Of a DNA stretch of 64,000 bases, positions 29,581 through 39,275 are shown piece after piece. Location of the stretch: the NCBI GenBank assembly GCA_031426555.1, contig JANPLN010000062.1, positions 16,780 through 80,779 of the forward strand. Direction: 5' to 3'. Position numbers and translations under genes: made by a program. Position 1 is the first letter of the stretch, and the number at the start of each line of letters is the position of its first letter. The stretch comes from Bdellovibrionales bacterium (lineage in GTDB: Bacteria > Bdellovibrionota > Bdellovibrionia > Bdellovibrionales > JAGQZY01). Below the pieces are notes generated by a model that saw only the letters and a program-made list of their open reading frames with translations, did no database searches and was not told the origin of the DNA.

Positions 29581-30348
29581 ATGGGTACGGCAATCAACAA
29601 GGTAAATCATAAATTAAATGGCAAAATAGCTCTCATTACAGGTGGCAACTCAGGAATTGGCCTCGCCACTGCAAAACTTCTCAAGGAGCACGGCGCGAAA
29701 GTGATCATCACGGCACGCTCCGCGGAGACATTCTCCAAGTCGCAAAAGGAATACGGATCGCAATTTGAGGTAATACAAACCGACGTCTCAAAACTGAGTG
29801 ATCTTGATAGGCTGTACAGTTCAATCAAAGCCAATCACGGCGGCATTGATATTCTTTTTGCGAATGCCGGTGTAGCGCTCTTTCGTCCCACGGCAGACGT
29901 TGATGAAAATTTTTTTGATAACCAATTCGATACCAACGTGAAAGGACTCTACTTTACGGTTTCGAGGGCCCTAGCGCTGCTAAATCCAGGAAGTTCAGTT
30001 ATTTTGAATGCTTCAGTCGTAGCAAACAAAGGCATTGCTGGCGCGTCGGTTTATTCAGCGACGAAAGCAACGGTTCGAAGTTTTGCAAGGTCTTGGACTG
30101 CCGAGGTTCCGACGTCTCGCTTCAATGTTTTATCGCCGGGTCCGATAGAAACTCCGATTTACGGAAAAATGGGAATGTCGGCTGCTGAGGTGAAAGGCTT
30201 CTCTGAAAATATGATGGCGAGTGTTCCGGCAAAGCGATTTGGATCAGCCGAAGAAATGGCAAAAGTGGTCCTATTTCTTGCTTCGGACGACTCAAGCTAT
30301 TTATATGGTGCGGATTTGGTTGCGGATGGCGGCTTCGGACAAGTCTAA
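29581..30348 (+). CDS. SDR family oxidoreductase
   Basis: TGGNSGIG, ANAG, YSATK and PGPIETP motifs. Confidence 0.94.
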   Translation: MGTAINKVNHKLNGKIALITGGNSGIGLATAKLLKEHGAKVIITARSAETFSKSQKEYGSQFEVIQTDVSKLSDLDRLYSSIKANHGGIDILFANAGVALFRPTADVDENFFDNQFDTNVKGLYFTVSRALALLNPGSSVILNASVVANKGIAGASVYSATKATVRSFARSWTAEVPTSRFNVLSPGPIETPIYGKMGMSAAEVKGFSENMMASVPAKRFGSAEEMAKVVLFLASDDSSYLYGADLVADGGFGQV

Positions 30349-30353
30349 GCGCT

Positions 30354-32288
30354 TTAGAGTTCAATCTGCATTCCAATTTCTACAACCCTGTCTTTTGGAA
30401 GCTGAAAGTAATCGGTGGCTGAGATTTCGTTTCGCGAAATTAAACTGAATATTTTTTCGCGCCAAAGGGCCATACCTGGTCTGTCCGTCGCAAACAGACT
30501 TTGTCGTCCAATGATGTAACTGATCTTGCTATGATCCACATCAATGGTCCCGAACTTCAGGTCGCGAATATCCCGGGGCACATCGGGAAGCTCCAAGTAT
30601 CCATAATGTAACGTTACATGGAATTTACGGTCCCCAAAATCGACGACCTTGGAGCGCTCCGCTGCATTGACTATCGGATATTTACTGATCGAAACCGATA
30701 AAAATATTAAATTTCGATGGACCGTCTTAAAGTGCTCGTAGGTATGCACAAGGGAGTAGGGCGCAAGAGTTAAACTTCGGTTTAAATAGACAGCAGTTCC
30801 GTCGATGCGATTTGGATTTTCCGTATCGAGATCACTCAGGAATTTGTCGAGCGGAATCATTTTTTCCGCCATCCTTAACGCTAAAAGCTTACGTCCTGAA
30901 TACCACGTTGTCATAATTGTAAAGCCCACCATTCCCACCAAAAGTGGAAACCAGCCGCCTTCGAAGATTTTTAAAAGATTGGCGCCCCAAAAACCAAGAT
31001 CTATAATTAAGAAAAATCCGCACAAGGCTCCAGCAACAAATCGGCTCCATCCCCATTTTTCACGGGCGACAACGTAAAACAGAATGGTTGTAATGATCAT
31101 GGTTGTCGTCACCGCAAGCCCGTAGGCCGAAGCAAGATTGCTTGATGTTTTAAAGGCGAAAACTAAACCAATGGCTCCAACCATTAAAAAACGACTCATA
31201 TTCTTTACGTAGATTTGTCCCGATTCTTTTTCAGACGTATGCGATATGTGTAACCGAGGGGAATATTTATGCTGAACCGCCTGCATGGTGATGGAAAAGA
31301 CTCCGGTGATCAAAGCTTGCGAAGCGATGGTCGTTGCTAGCGCAGCAAGGATTACCAACGGATAAAGGGCCCACGTCGGCGCCAGTAAAAAAAAAGGATT
31401 TTCAATGGCTTCAGGCATTCTTAGGAGGAGCGCACCTTGACCAAAATAGTTGAGGGTTAACGCTGGCAAGGCCACAAAAAACCAAGCTTGGGTAATGGGT
31501 CTTTTACCAAAGTGTCCAAGATCTGAATAAAGCGCTTCGCCACCCGTCACCACAAGAAACACCGAGCCCAGGGCAATAAATCCATACCAGAGATTCGTCT
31601 GAAAAAACGAAAATACGTAGATTGGATTAAGCGCCTTTAGTATTTCTGGCGTCTGGAAAATACTGTTTACACCTAAAATCCCTATGACAATAAACCAAGC
31701 TAGAGTGACAGGGCCAAATATTTTTCCAACCGCGCTTGTTCCGTGCTTCTGAATCGAAAAAAGCCCAACCAAGATCCCTACGGTCACCCAAGTGACGTAG
31801 GGTTGAAACACGGGTGTAATCAAACTCAATCCCTCAACGGCACTCAAAATGGAAATTGCCGGTGTGATCATTCCATCACCATAAAGCAAAGCCGTTCCGA
31901 ACAATCCAAGCATGATCAGCAATTTTCTTCCCTTGGAAAATCGCTTGGACTCGTCAATCAGTCTATCGTCTGAGTCTGCATAGGGCCCATCCTCCGAAGC
32001 TGATGGCGTAATGAGAGATGTAAGAGCTAGAATTCCGCCCTCTCCTTTATCGTCCGCGCGAAGAATAAACCCTAAATATTTAAACGAGATCACGAGCATG
32101 AGCGACCAAAATATCAGCGATAAGAGCCCCATCACATTCTGAGGGTCTGCAATCATATGATGACCGGGATGAAAAGCCTCTTTGAGAGCATAGAGTGGAC
32201 TGGTTCCAATATCCCCGTAAACAACTCCAAGAGCAGCGAGTGCAACGACATATTTATAAGATGGTGTATTCGATTTTGTTTGGGACAT
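30354..32288 (-). CDS. kup: KUP/HAK/KT potassium transporter
   Basis: GVVYGDIGTSPLY, GEGGILAL and TGGEALYSDLGHFG; start moved to ATG 32288, which has an SD. Confidence 0.96.
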   Translation of the reverse strand: MSQTKSNTPSYKYVVALAALGVVYGDIGTSPLYALKEAFHPGHHMIADPQNVMGLLSLIFWSLMLVISFKYLGFILRADDKGEGGILALTSLITPSASEDGPYADSDDRLIDESKRFSKGRKLLIMLGLFGTALLYGDGMITPAISILSAVEGLSLITPVFQPYVTWVTVGILVGLFSIQKHGTSAVGKIFGPVTLAWFIVIGILGVNSIFQTPEILKALNPIYVFSFFQTNLWYGFIALGSVFLVVTGGEALYSDLGHFGKRPITQAWFFVALPALTLNYFGQGALLLRMPEAIENPFFLLAPTWALYPLVILAALATTIASQALITGVFSITMQAVQHKYSPRLHISHTSEKESGQIYVKNMSRFLMVGAIGLVFAFKTSSNLASAYGLAVTTTMIITTILFYVVAREKWGWSRFVAGALCGFFLIIDLGFWGANLLKIFEGGWFPLLVGMVGFTIMTTWYSGRKLLALRMAEKMIPLDKFLSDLDTENPNRIDGTAVYLNRSLTLAPYSLVHTYEHFKTVHRNLIFLSVSISKYPIVNAAERSKVVDFGDRKFHVTLHYGYLELPDVPRDIRDLKFGTIDVDHSKISYIIGRQSLFATDRPGMALWREKIFSLISRNEISATDYFQLPKDRVVEIGMQIEL

Positions 32289-32307
32289 TTTTATTCCTCG
32301 TGGATTG

Positions 32308-32937
32308 CTAAGAATGATCGCGTTTAAGGTTAAATGCAATCAAATTTGGCTGCCGATAATGATTGGCTCGAATGTTTTTTTGCGCGAGCTTCGCAGTTTG
32401 GGAGACTCGCTTTAAACGAGTTTGCTCGGTCTTCGCTAGAGCAATCCACTCCAGAATGGCCCTTTTGGAAGACGGCGGAAATTTTTCAAAATGAGTTTTT
32501 GCATGAGAATATTTTTTGAACTCTCGTACTAAATCTGGCGGAATCTTTCCTGAATCCACTTCTTTTAATTTGCTCCAGCTTCCATTTTTTTTGGCCGCAT
32601 TGATTGCTGCAAGGCCGGCGTCGGTCATTAACTTTGTTTTAATAAGCTTTGCAACTCTGTCGCGATTTACCTTGGACCACGCACTTTTTGGATTTCGTGG
32701 CGACAGCCGCAGCATTTTTCGATCTTTATCAAGAGCCCGCGGCAGACTATCCACCCATCCAAAACAAAGAGCTTCTTCGACAATAGAGTCGTAATCTAAA
32801 TACCATTGAATTTTGGATTTTTTAAAAGTGACAAGCCAAATGCTTGAGCTTTTGGCGTGATTCGCCTTTAGCCACTTGCGCAGCTCCGTCCGAGACTTCA
32901 CTTCAATTTTTATTAAATCCTTCTTATCGCCCTTCAT
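32308..32937 (-). CDS. YdeI/OmpD-associated family protein
   Basis: EEALCFGWVDS, SPRNPKSAWS and AKTEQTRLKR motifs. Confidence 0.9.
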   Translation of the reverse strand: MKGDKKDLIKIEVKSRTELRKWLKANHAKSSSIWLVTFKKSKIQWYLDYDSIVEEALCFGWVDSLPRALDKDRKMLRLSPRNPKSAWSKVNRDRVAKLIKTKLMTDAGLAAINAAKKNGSWSKLKEVDSGKIPPDLVREFKKYSHAKTHFEKFPPSSKRAILEWIALAKTEQTRLKRVSQTAKLAQKNIRANHYRQPNLIAFNLKRDHS

Positions 32938-32956
32938 TCCCGTTCCCCATAAATTT

Positions 32957-34102
32957 TTATTTTTTTAATCTGGCCCGCATGATTTGCGCCTTGCTGACGT
33001 TTTTAGGATCTAAACGATAGCCCTCTTCGCGGAGGTGCTTGATGATTTCGTGGGCGAGTTTTTTGTGGTCACTCGCAAAGAGATTTTGAATATTTCGAAC
33101 AGATTCAAGCTGTTTTTGCAGGTGAGCTTTTTCTAGCCTTTCGATTTCATCTTCAAGTCGGGTTGAAGTGTTGCGTTCAAACTCAATTTCAAGCTCCACA
33201 CTTTCTTCGCCCTCCGAGAGGTCTAGACGCTTCAAATCGCTTTCCCATTTTGCCGAGGGTGGCAGCAGCGTGCCTCGGTAGCGATCTATTGTCACAATAA
33301 AGGCATTTTTGGGATTGGGTCCGCTGCCCCAGGGAGTCACTAAATTGAGATGGAACCTGTGCCGACGAGCTAAAATGAGCACTTTGGGAATGAGTTGTAC
33401 AGAGACCAAGTCTTGATTTACCAAACGAATATTTTGCGCGATGCTATGTGAGGGAGTGTACACCTTGGAATCAAAGCGTCCTGTTTTAATGGTCTCGAAA
33501 AAGAACGGCAATAAAAGGCGCGCCTTCCCTTCGTCGTAAAAATTTTTAATAGGATGGGCGTCTTTTGCAAATTCCATTCGCGCCTCTTGGACTTCGCTGA
33601 AGCCCTCGCCTTTTTCGGTCCGCCCCACTTTGCTTTGGATTTCCACCCGCGTGGGCATGGACTCTTGGCTAAACGAACCTTTTAAATGCTCACGGTAGGA
33701 ATGGTTACTGTCCCAGCGCCAGCGAAGGCGGATCGCACTGTTCTTGCTGTCGAGGAGATCCTCAGGCGTGTCGAAGTAAATATCGCGAAATACGAAGGTG
33801 TCCTCTGACGTCGTTATAAAATAGGTTTGTTTATAATGCGGGGGCGCCTGCCAGCCCTTTTCTTGCACAATCTTGAGGAGAATTTCGTTAAGCTTTGTGT
33901 TCAATACAAGCGGGCGCTCATGATGGGGTACCTCGACAGCGATTTTATATTCTTTTTCTTCCCGCGGAGGGGTGCCAATGATGTCTTTCGTGGCCGCAAC
34001 TTCGACCACAAAAAAAGTGGTTCTGAGATATCTTTCGTAAAGACCGAAAGCCCCGGAAGTCAGCAAGAAAAAAAGACCTAAGGTTAAAAGGAACTTTTTC
34101 AC
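32957..34102 (-). CDS. Membrane-anchored CYTH/triphosphate-tunnel superfamily protein
   Basis: N-terminal TM; EKEYK (ExExK), DIYFDT...IRLRWR, VTID and ELEIEF motifs. Confidence 0.65.
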   Translation of the reverse strand: MKKFLLTLGLFFLLTSGAFGLYERYLRTTFFVVEVAATKDIIGTPPREEKEYKIAVEVPHHERPLVLNTKLNEILLKIVQEKGWQAPPHYKQTYFITTSEDTFVFRDIYFDTPEDLLDSKNSAIRLRWRWDSNHSYREHLKGSFSQESMPTRVEIQSKVGRTEKGEGFSEVQEARMEFAKDAHPIKNFYDEGKARLLLPFFFETIKTGRFDSKVYTPSHSIAQNIRLVNQDLVSVQLIPKVLILARRHRFHLNLVTPWGSGPNPKNAFIVTIDRYRGTLLPPSAKWESDLKRLDLSEGEESVELEIEFERNTSTRLEDEIERLEKAHLQKQLESVRNIQNLFASDHKKLAHEIIKHLREEGYRLDPKNVSKAQIMRARLKK

Positions 34103-34770
34103 GAGAGCTCTTCGGCCTTACAGGGTAAAATTTCGATTTGCACCACGCCTGCTAACTTATTCATGGTGTCCATTATTTTTTTAATATCCACACTTTGTTT
34201 GGTTGTTAGATGATAAAAGTATTCAAAAGAATTGAGCGCTGGGCGCACAGCTTTGGTAAATTCGCAGACGATACTTTGTGATTTCAGAAAAGTTTCCACC
34301 GCCGGCATCGTGTCCTCGTTATTTACTGCGACCTTGATGATAAAATAATTATTTTTTTGGGTTGAAAAAAAGCGAAATAGCTGTTGCACCGACAATATAA
34401 AAAGAGTGCAAAAAACCGCAATTCTCAATGCGCCGGCACCACATGCGATCCCGATGCCTATGCATAAAAAAAGGTGGAGGGTATCGCGAACATCTTTAAT
34501 GGGAGTTCGAAAGCGAATTATGGAAAGGGCCGCAAATAGTCCCAAGGCATAAAAGATATTGGCGCTCAACACGAGCAAAATCATAGTGATGACGAGACTG
34601 AGAGTCACTCCTCCAAAGAGCAATGACTCTGTGATTTTACGATTTCTGTGTCCCCAAAAAGAAATGGCTCCCGCGCAGGATGAAAGCAAGAGAGCCACCG
34701 ACATTCGGGTGAACAAATCTAAAAGATCGAACTGTTCGAAGTTGATCCCAGCTTGATTTAAAAAATTCAT
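34099..34770 (-). CDS. DUF4956 membrane protein
   Basis: ALGLFAALSIIRFRTPIKD signature. Confidence 0.9.
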   Translation of the reverse strand: MNFLNQAGINFEQFDLLDLFTRMSVALLLSSCAGAISFWGHRNRKITESLLFGGVTLSLVITMILLVLSANIFYALGLFAALSIIRFRTPIKDVRDTLHLFLCIGIGIACGAGALRIAVFCTLFILSVQQLFRFFSTQKNNYFIIKVAVNNEDTMPAVETFLKSQSIVCEFTKAVRPALNSFEYFYHLTTKQSVDIKKIMDTMNKLAGVVQIEILPCKAEELS

Positions 34771-35534
34771 AGAAACGTTCCTTTGGTTTTATGGTGTTCG
34801 CTGCGAGTTAAGACGGAGGCTTGCAAAGCGGAGTAACATTCAAAATATTTTGAAAATCCAATTCGCTGCAGCTGCAACTCGGCCAGAAGCAAATCAAGCC
34901 ACGAAGGGACTTGATCGGTAAACTTTAATTCTAGAATATCTGCAGCTCCGCCAAAGGCCACCGACCTCTGTGGAGCGTCGTCTCCGTTTGCCGAAAAAAA
35001 TCGTCCACGAAGGGATTGGTCGATGGTGAGTCGGAGGCCCGAGCCATTCGGGCATACATAGGCCTTCCGCTGAAACTGCACCCACAAAATCGGCTGGAGA
35101 TGGAATCGGTGATAATTGTAAAGAAAATCGCAAGCCTCAGCCGAGGTGGCTTTAAACTCGCTGAAGATACTTGATAGCGCTTCGAGGCTGCCGCTCAAAG
35201 GGGAGCGATTGGTCACCAGGGCGTGTCGAGATTTTCTCGAAAAAGCACCATGTTTACTTTTGACCTCTAAAAAAACCGGGGTTGGTTTATCGTTGTAAAA
35301 ACGGACACGAAATTTTTGTTTAAACTGGTTGCCGTTGGCTTTTTGTGAAAGGCACATGAGATCGGGAGAATCAAAATAAAGGCTCGAGACGTCATATCCG
35401 AGTGACGTCGTCATGGCAGTGTCCTGCACCATGAAAGTCTTGATATACTGAGACAAGATTTTTTGACCTGATAGGTTGATAAAATACTTCAATTCCTGAC
35501 GCATCATGGGGACGCTTTTATATTTCAATATCAT
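34767..35534 (-). CDS. VTC (polyphosphate polymerase) domain protein
   Basis: RQELKY, SLYFD, KFRVRFY, FLEVK, RLTID, ILELK and FSKY motifs; alternative start at 35507. Confidence 0.88.
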   Translation of the reverse strand: MILKYKSVPMMRQELKYFINLSGQKILSQYIKTFMVQDTAMTTSLGYDVSSLYFDSPDLMCLSQKANGNQFKQKFRVRFYNDKPTPVFLEVKSKHGAFSRKSRHALVTNRSPLSGSLEALSSIFSEFKATSAEACDFLYNYHRFHLQPILWVQFQRKAYVCPNGSGLRLTIDQSLRGRFFSANGDDAPQRSVAFGGAADILELKFTDQVPSWLDLLLAELQLQRIGFSKYFECYSALQASVLTRSEHHKTKGTFL

Positions 35535-35595
35535 GAGGGTTAAAGTATTGAAATCGGACAGTATGAAGTCAAGTCACATCAACATCGGGGAGCGG

Positions 35596-36744
35596 ATGCG
35601 ATATCGATATTTGGTATTCTTTCATTTAACATTTTTCATCCTGCTTCTAAACACAAGCTGTTTCAGTAAAACGGAGGTTCCGTCGCAACCACGTCGGGTC
35701 CCCACTCTCTATAGCGCCGAACAAAAAGGTGTCTCCTACCGTAAAACCGGTTGGGACTTTGATGGTGTTATCCGAGTTGACTGCTCCTTTTACGATAAAG
35801 CGGGAAAGCTGCTCCTAGAGTTCAATCGGTCACACTGTTCACTCATCAGTGAACAAGGCTTGATTGTTTCTCGAGGGAAAGAGTCCATCTCGGTGAAAAA
35901 ATTAAACAAGACAGTGGTCTGGGAAAAGCCACAGTTTGGGCATCATGATTTGTATGTATCGCCAAAAAACAAAAGGATTGTTTCGGTGGTTCGCAATAAA
36001 ACTCTCTCAGGCCGCGATGAGATTTGGCACGATGGCGTGCGCGTTTACAATCCCGAAGGTCAGCTTCTTTTTTCCTGGGACACTGCTGACCACATCGAAG
36101 AAATACAACAGCTGCTTTCAAAATCCAAAGAATCAATAGCAAAACGATATTATATTGATGACGATGCAAGAAAAATTGGAATTAAGATCAATTCTGCATC
36201 TCTCTTAGAAGATCACCCACAGCAACAAGATTTTAAAGAGTTTAGCGATGATAATGTGATTGTAAGCTTAAACCAGCTCTCACTCATCCTCATAATTGAT
36301 TCTAAATCCCAAAAGATTGTTTGGAGCTATAAACTCAACGATGACTTTGGCTATGGCGTACACGCGGTTCGACCACTCAAAAATGGACGACTTTTATTTT
36401 TTGACAATAGATCGATTTTCAATGGACTCCCCGTAAAAGCCAAGGCCCTCCCCCAAGTGGTGGAGCTTGATCCCATTACAAAAAAGCGAGTCTGGGTGTA
36501 CCCCTACGAAAAAGAGCGAACGATCCTCTCAGAAAATGGGTGCTCCGCTCACGAGATGCCAAACGGTCACATCCTCATTAGTTATGAGGAAAACCAGAGC
36601 GTGGTGGAAGTGACTCGAAGTGGAGAAATCGTTTGGGAATGGTTTCCGTACTTGATGGAAGCTGAGGGCGCTCGCTCCCCAATTGTTCACGCCGAAGCAA
36701 TGACCTGGGATGACTTTAATCAATTCTTAAAAAACGCGAAGTAA
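35596..36744 (+). CDS. Arylsulfotransferase (ASST)-family beta-propeller lipoprotein
   Basis: GGGGAG SD, lipobox-like TSC; HHD, KINS, HAVRPL..GRLLFFDN, MPNGHILI and EVTRSGEIVWE motifs. Confidence 0.75.
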   Translation: MRYRYLVFFHLTFFILLLNTSCFSKTEVPSQPRRVPTLYSAEQKGVSYRKTGWDFDGVIRVDCSFYDKAGKLLLEFNRSHCSLISEQGLIVSRGKESISVKKLNKTVVWEKPQFGHHDLYVSPKNKRIVSVVRNKTLSGRDEIWHDGVRVYNPEGQLLFSWDTADHIEEIQQLLSKSKESIAKRYYIDDDARKIGIKINSASLLEDHPQQQDFKEFSDDNVIVSLNQLSLILIIDSKSQKIVWSYKLNDDFGYGVHAVRPLKNGRLLFFDNRSIFNGLPVKAKALPQVVELDPITKKRVWVYPYEKERTILSENGCSAHEMPNGHILISYEENQSVVEVTRSGEIVWEWFPYLMEAEGARSPIVHAEAMTWDDFNQFLKNAK

Positions 36745-36749
36745 ACCAC

Positions 36750-37148
36750 TCAAGACCCTTTCGTCTTAATCCCTTTTTTATTCAGCAACGCTCTTACCAT
36801 TTCCATTTTGTCGCCTTGAATTTCGATGGAGGCGGCTTTGCCTTCCATGGAGTAGGTGCCGCCGGAGCCGCACTTTTTTTTGAGCTCGGAGGTGAGATCT
36901 TTAAGGAAGGTTTCGTTCTTTGGCAGATCGTTGATGGCGGTGACGGTTTTGCCTCCCCGGCCCGCTTTTTCGATGCGGAGGTAGGCGACGAAGTTATAGC
37001 TTTTGGTTAGCTGCATTTTAGCGTCGAGGGCTTTAACCTCTTGTGGTTTTTCACACTTACACTCTGCGACCAGCTCTTTGCACTTTGCGCATTTTTTGTT
37101 CTGCGCGGGATCGGTGGAATAGACAAGACGTGTGTTTTTATTATTCAT
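36750..37148 (-). CDS. yciH: SUI1/YciH translation-related factor
   Basis: RLVYSTD, GRGGKTVT, LKKKCGSGGT and IEIQGD motifs. Confidence 0.88.
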   Translation of the reverse strand: MNNKNTRLVYSTDPAQNKKCAKCKELVAECKCEKPQEVKALDAKMQLTKSYNFVAYLRIEKAGRGGKTVTAINDLPKNETFLKDLTSELKKKCGSGGTYSMEGKAASIEIQGDKMEMVRALLNKKGIKTKGS

Positions 37149-37187
37149 TTGGTAGACCTTAGCACAATTGCGTTTTAAAATCTCTCC

Positions 37188-37418
37188 ATGTTTGATAACG
37201 AATCCCTGCTAAAGCTTGCGAATTGGAAAATGCCCTTTGGCAAATATAAAGGCTGGGCGCTGATTGATTTGCCGGAGCCCTACGTTGTCTGGTTTTACAA
37301 AGAGGGTTTCCCTGAAGGGGAACTGGGACAGCTGTTAGGGCTGTTGTACGAAGTTAAAATGAATGGCCTGGAATATTTGATTAAGCCCCTCAAAGACAAA
37401 AGTTTTTTGAGAGGCTGA
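37188..37418 (+). CDS. DUF3820 family protein
   Basis: MPFGKYKG..LIDLPEPY..W...GFP.GELG..L...K.NGL. Confidence 0.9.
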   Translation: MFDNESLLKLANWKMPFGKYKGWALIDLPEPYVVWFYKEGFPEGELGQLLGLLYEVKMNGLEYLIKPLKDKSFLRG

Positions 37419-37443
37419 AATGGCTTTAGGTAACTAGGTCTGA

Positions 37444-37878
37444 TCAACCGCTCCACTCAACAGAGTCTACAACGACCAAATCTAAAGTTAAATAAGAGGT
37501 TTCACCACTGCCATCCCAAAGCGGATGATCGATGGAATCAAGAATAACCACCACATAACCTACAACTCTATTATTTTGCATATTGTAGACTTTGTAAACA
37601 GTGGCTTCGTAGACGGTTCCTTGTGGCTCTAGTTGTTCATTTCGTTTCTTAACCAACTTTTCAACAGCGGCGTAGAGTTCGCTGGATTGCTCTTTCACTG
37701 GAACAACTGCAAGGGCGTAGTTTTGATTCAGCGTAATCGATTCGTCGAAGTATTCGCCCATTTCATCGACGAGCTCGCTCATGATTTTTTCGCTATCTAC
37801 AAGATTTGGAAACAGCTCGAGCTGATCCTGAGCGGCAGCAAAAAAGTTGAGTAGAAAACATAAAATTAATATTGGCAT
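37444..37878 (-). CDS. Hypothetical acidic secreted protein
   Basis: AGGAGG SD; short signal peptide; no family recognised. Confidence 0.7.
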   Translation of the reverse strand: MPILILCFLLNFFAAAQDQLELFPNLVDSEKIMSELVDEMGEYFDESITLNQNYALAVVPVKEQSSELYAAVEKLVKKRNEQLEPQGTVYEATVYKVYNMQNNRVVGYVVVILDSIDHPLWDGSGETSYLTLDLVVVDSVEWSG

Positions 37879-38017
37879 AGGACCTCCTGTGATCAGGAGG
37901 TATTTAGGCCAGATTGCTTTGGGAAGTAAAGTTAGATTCTAGTTGAGACGTAAAGATGCAAAACGTTTAAAGCTTCAGTTGAAAAAACTTCAACGCCGTC
38001 CCTGGTGTTCATGCAGC

Positions 38018-38479
38018 TTAGTCCACGCGAATAAAATTACACAGAGTGGAACCAAAAGCTTCGTAGTTATAAATGATTCGTCCGTCGCCGAGAACTTCTA
38101 ATACAATACGGTCGTCATTGTAAGAACTGGGGATAAAGCCAAGCCCCCAAACCGATCGCTGGCGCTTTAACTTTCCTTGTTTGTAAACATGGCGCGTGTA
38201 AGTGACGGCCGTCATACCGCTGCTTTCGGTGTAGTGGGACGTGTTAATTCCCGATATCACTTCGTTACGAACGACGTGTTCGTCATCTGCTAAAATAATT
38301 TGAACCTGTGTGCCACTGACAAGCAGCTCAAGTGTTGGGATGCGTGAGCAATAAAAATCACTGCCTTCAGCAACCAGCTGGTAGCTCCCCTGTTCGCTTT
38401 TTAAAGCGAGACTTTTTGCAAAAGCCTGGCTTGAAAAACTCAAAACAACAAGGCTCAGGATCGTTAGCGACATTTTCAT
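38018..38479 (-). CDS. Hypothetical secreted protein
   Basis: GGAGG SD before ATG 38479; signal MKMSLTILSLVVLSFSSQAFA. Confidence 0.72.
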   Translation of the reverse strand: MKMSLTILSLVVLSFSSQAFAKSLALKSEQGSYQLVAEGSDFYCSRIPTLELLVSGTQVQIILADDEHVVRNEVISGINTSHYTESSGMTAVTYTRHVYKQGKLKRQRSVWGLGFIPSSYNDDRIVLEVLGDGRIIYNYEAFGSTLCNFIRVD

Positions 38480-38613
38480 AATTCCTCCGTTAGTAGACGT
38501 GAAAGGAAGGTAACCGATGGGGCCCCTTGCCACAACCCCCATATGTTTACAGATTTGCTGTTTTATGTGCTTAGCCCTTGTGCACGGGCTAAAAATTCCC
38601 TAGTCTTAAGAGG

Positions 38614-39135
38614 ATGACTTCAAAAAATGAGAAATTTTTTCGTATTTCGCTAAGTATTTTTGCCCTCGAAACGGCAAAGGGCCACCTGCGTTGGAAAGTG
38701 ACTGAGCTTGAAAAAAAATCCAAGGTCAGCCGCACGCTCATTTATCGCTATTTTGGCAAAAACAAAGCTGAGATATTTAAGCATGGACTGGAAACATTTT
38801 TAAACGAATTTTATGGCTTTGCCGACGATCTCCAAAGCTCCTCTCGCTTTGCGGAAAAAATTGAAAGCGCACGGCGCTTGCTGAAAGAAAATAGAGATGC
38901 CGTGATTTTTTATCAAAAATGGCGCTTAACCGACTCGCCGATCAAAGATGTTTTTGTAAAAACGGAAGAAAAATTTAGAAAAAAAATTAAAAAGATGTTT
39001 CCGCACTTGAGCAGTGATGAAATTTTATTAGTTCATGCTTGCATGCATGGAGTTGTAACTTCGCCTTTTTTGGAGCCTAAGGACGCAAAAAAAATATTTG
39101 AAGCTTTGGTACAAAAAGGTTTGTTCAATAACTAG
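38614..39135 (+). CDS. TetR/AcrR family regulator
   Basis: KVTELEKKSKVSRTLIYRYFGKNK HTH. Confidence 0.85.
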   Translation: MTSKNEKFFRISLSIFALETAKGHLRWKVTELEKKSKVSRTLIYRYFGKNKAEIFKHGLETFLNEFYGFADDLQSSSRFAEKIESARRLLKENRDAVIFYQKWRLTDSPIKDVFVKTEEKFRKKIKKMFPHLSSDEILLVHACMHGVVTSPFLEPKDAKKIFEALVQKGLFNN

Positions 39136-39275
39136 AAATGTTTTCAAACAATTTAAGTTTACATTCTGGGAGCAAGTGGTATTGGCCCTGAGATCGCTGA
39201 AACAAGCATCGTTAATAACACAGCGCATCGGAAGCTGAGAGCGGACTGTTGGCAGATGATAAAACCAATACGACT

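Noticed and set aside
39136..39275. VYILGASGIGPEIAE, a Rossmann-like fragment beside the IS3
   Set aside because: Too short to assign; at most a gene remnant.
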